From a virus (taxonomy: Duplodnaviria; Heunggongvirae; Uroviricota; Caudoviricetes): a stretch of DNA of 49,477 nucleotides. The notes beneath the pieces are model-generated. The model was not told the DNA's origin and did not search any database. It was given only the letters and a program-made list of their open reading frames with translations. The DNA lies in IMG/VR virus record IMGVR_UViG_2703718798_000005; one strand, 5' to 3'. The translations under genes were made by a program, and so were the position numbers. Of the stretch, positions 47,948 to 49,477 are shown one piece after another; the stretch's first letter is position 1; each line of letters opens with the position of its first letter.

Positions 47948-48415
47948 TTGGCGCTGTTGTTACAAGCGGGTGATTATATGTGTGAATTAATTAATGAAGC
48001 ATCAAAATATGGGAAAGTCAATGTAAGAAAGATGGACATTGATTTGTGTTGTAAAAAAATAGAGGAAGAAGGGTATTCTGTTTTCGTTGCGTTCTATGAT
48101 TTTATAAAAAAATATGGCGGTTTATATGGCTTTCATTCAGCTTACAAAGACACCACTATAAGTGAGGCTTTTTTTATAGATCCAGAAAGGGCCTCTAATC
48201 GCATTTTTATAGAAAGAGTCAATGATTATATTGAGAGAGCTGGTTACAATATGATTCCTGTTGGCGAGTGCAGTAATGGTCATATCACATTATTATATGG
48301 GGAAAATAATGTGATATATGGCGGCTTGGATGATTATCTTTGGAAGTATGGGGATAATTTATCTTCATCAATTGATATATTGATTAATGGCAAGGAGGCA
48401 GTTGAAATTCCGTAA
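47948..48415 (+). CDS. Hypothetical protein, possible stand-alone immunity gene
   Basis: 155 aa AT-rich ORF after an rhs remnant, with no intact toxin tip upstream. Confidence 0.35.
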   Translation: MALLLQAGDYMCELINEASKYGKVNVRKMDIDLCCKKIEEEGYSVFVAFYDFIKKYGGLYGFHSAYKDTTISEAFFIDPERASNRIFIERVNDYIERAGYNMIPVGECSNGHITLLYGENNVIYGGLDDYLWKYGDNLSSSIDILINGKEAVEIP

Positions 48416-48429
48416 GGCCAACTTGATAT

Positions 48430-48698
48430 GACACCTGGCACACAACCCCGACGACCGGATGTATATGCTGGGCGGGATGAGTGACACCTCCAGCAACCGC
48501 ATCACGTTTGAGCGCGACAGCCAGTACCGGATCACAGGTGTCAGTCACACCGACGGGATCCGGCTTAAACTGACGTACCACGCCAGCGGCTACCTGAAAG
48601 CCATTCACCGCACGGGTAACGGCATACAGACGCAGGGAAAGATCATCAGAAGTACACTTTTTGTACTAAATAATTCGCATTTTATGTTTAAAAATTGA
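48430..48698 (+). pseudogene. Remnant derived from the 5' part of rhs
   Basis: Encodes MYMLGGMSDTSSNRITFERDSQYRITGVSHTDGIRLKLTYHASGYLKAIHRT, near-identical to the rhs segment at about 2660-2840; homology ends at about 48650. Confidence 0.6.
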
Positions 48699-48776
48699 GA
48701 TATTCCTCATTACCTGAAGCTGTTTTTTATTGCTTATACATGATCAAATACTCCTTACATAATTAAGGAGAACAAA

Positions 48777-49477
48777 ATGGAACTTAAAAAATTGATGGAA
48801 CATATTTCTGTTATTCCCGATTACAGACAACCCTGGAAAGTGGAACATAAATTATCGGATATTCTACTGTGGACTATTTGTGCCGTTATTTCTGGTGCAG
48901 AAGGTTGGGAAGATATAGAGGATTTTGGGGAAACACATCTCGATTTTTTGAAGCAATATGGTGATTTTGAAAATGGCATTCCTGTTCACGATACCATTGC
49001 CAGAGTTGTATACTGTATCAGTCCCGCAAAATTTCACGAGTGCTTTATTAACTGGATGCGTGACTGCCATTCTTCAGATGATAAAGACGTCATCGCAATT
49101 GATGGAAAAACACTCCGGCATTCTTATGACAAGAGTCGCCGCAAGGGAGCGATTCATGTCATTAGTGCGTTCTCAACAATGCACAGTCTGGTCATCGGAC
49201 AGATCAGGACGGATGAGAAATCCAATGAGATTACAGCTATCCCTGGACTTCTTAACATGCTGGATATTAAAGGAAAAATTATCACAACTGATGCTATGGG
49301 TTGCCAGAAAGATATCGCAGAGAAGATACAAAAACAGGGCGGTGATTATTTATTCGCTGTAAAAGGAAATCAGGGGCGGCTTAATAAAGCCTTTGAGGAA
49401 AAATTTCCACTGAAAGAATTAAATAATCCAGAGCATGACAGTTACGCAATGAGTGAAAAGAGTCACGGCAGAGAAGA
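48777..49477 (+). CDS. ISAs1-family transposase (H-repeat-associated protein), 3' end beyond the window
   Basis: Frame 3 is open from ATG 48777 to the window end with no stop (absent from the ORF track for that reason); [54 protein letters not shown] matches the E. coli H-repeat protein as recalled. Confidence 0.8.
   Translation, partial: MELKKLMEHISVIPDYRQPWKVEHKLSDILLWTICAVISGAEGWEDIEDFGETHLDFLKQYGDFENGIPVHDTIARVVYCISPAKFHECFINWMRDCHSSDDKDVIAIDGKTLRHSYDKSRRKGAIHVISAFSTMHSLVIGQIRTDEKSNEITAIPGLLNMLDIKGKIITTDAMGCQKDIAEKIQKQGGDYLFAVKGNQGRLNKAFEEKFPLKELNNPEHDSYAMSEKSHGRE

Overview
This window reads as an enterobacterial chromosome segment with four parts. (1) 1-3172: a type VI secretion effector locus, comprising the 3' end of vgrG, a DUF1795 (Eag-type) chaperone gene and the 5' part of a prePAAR/PAAR-Rhs effector gene. 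(2) About 3168-42659: a roughly 39.5 kb Mu-like transposable prophage inserted inside that rhs gene. It carries repressor, ner, DDE transposase A, B, about fifteen small early ORFs including gam, a GemA-like gene, a Mor/C-family activator, SAR endolysin and spanins, terminase, portal, F, G, I, major head, sheath, tube, tape measure, baseplate genes, a tail fibre with a Gin-controlled invertible segment, and com-mom. It also has an apparent frameshift in the DNA-circularization (N-like) gene and a roughly 3.2 kb cargo insert between gin and com that encodes a SASA/SGNH-type esterase. (3) About 42661-48700: the 3' part of rhs (with an in-frame TAG), its AT-rich toxin tip and immunity gene, an orphan rhs-CT/immunity module, and decayed Rhs remnants. 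(4) 48777 to the window end: the start of an ISAs1-family (H-repeat) transposase gene that runs off the window. I found no rRNA, tRNA or CRISPR array. Every call comes from reading the sequence and the supplied ORF track; no database search or computation was run, protein-family assignments rest on motifs recalled from memory, and coordinates of non-ORF features are approximate (plus or minus a few bp).
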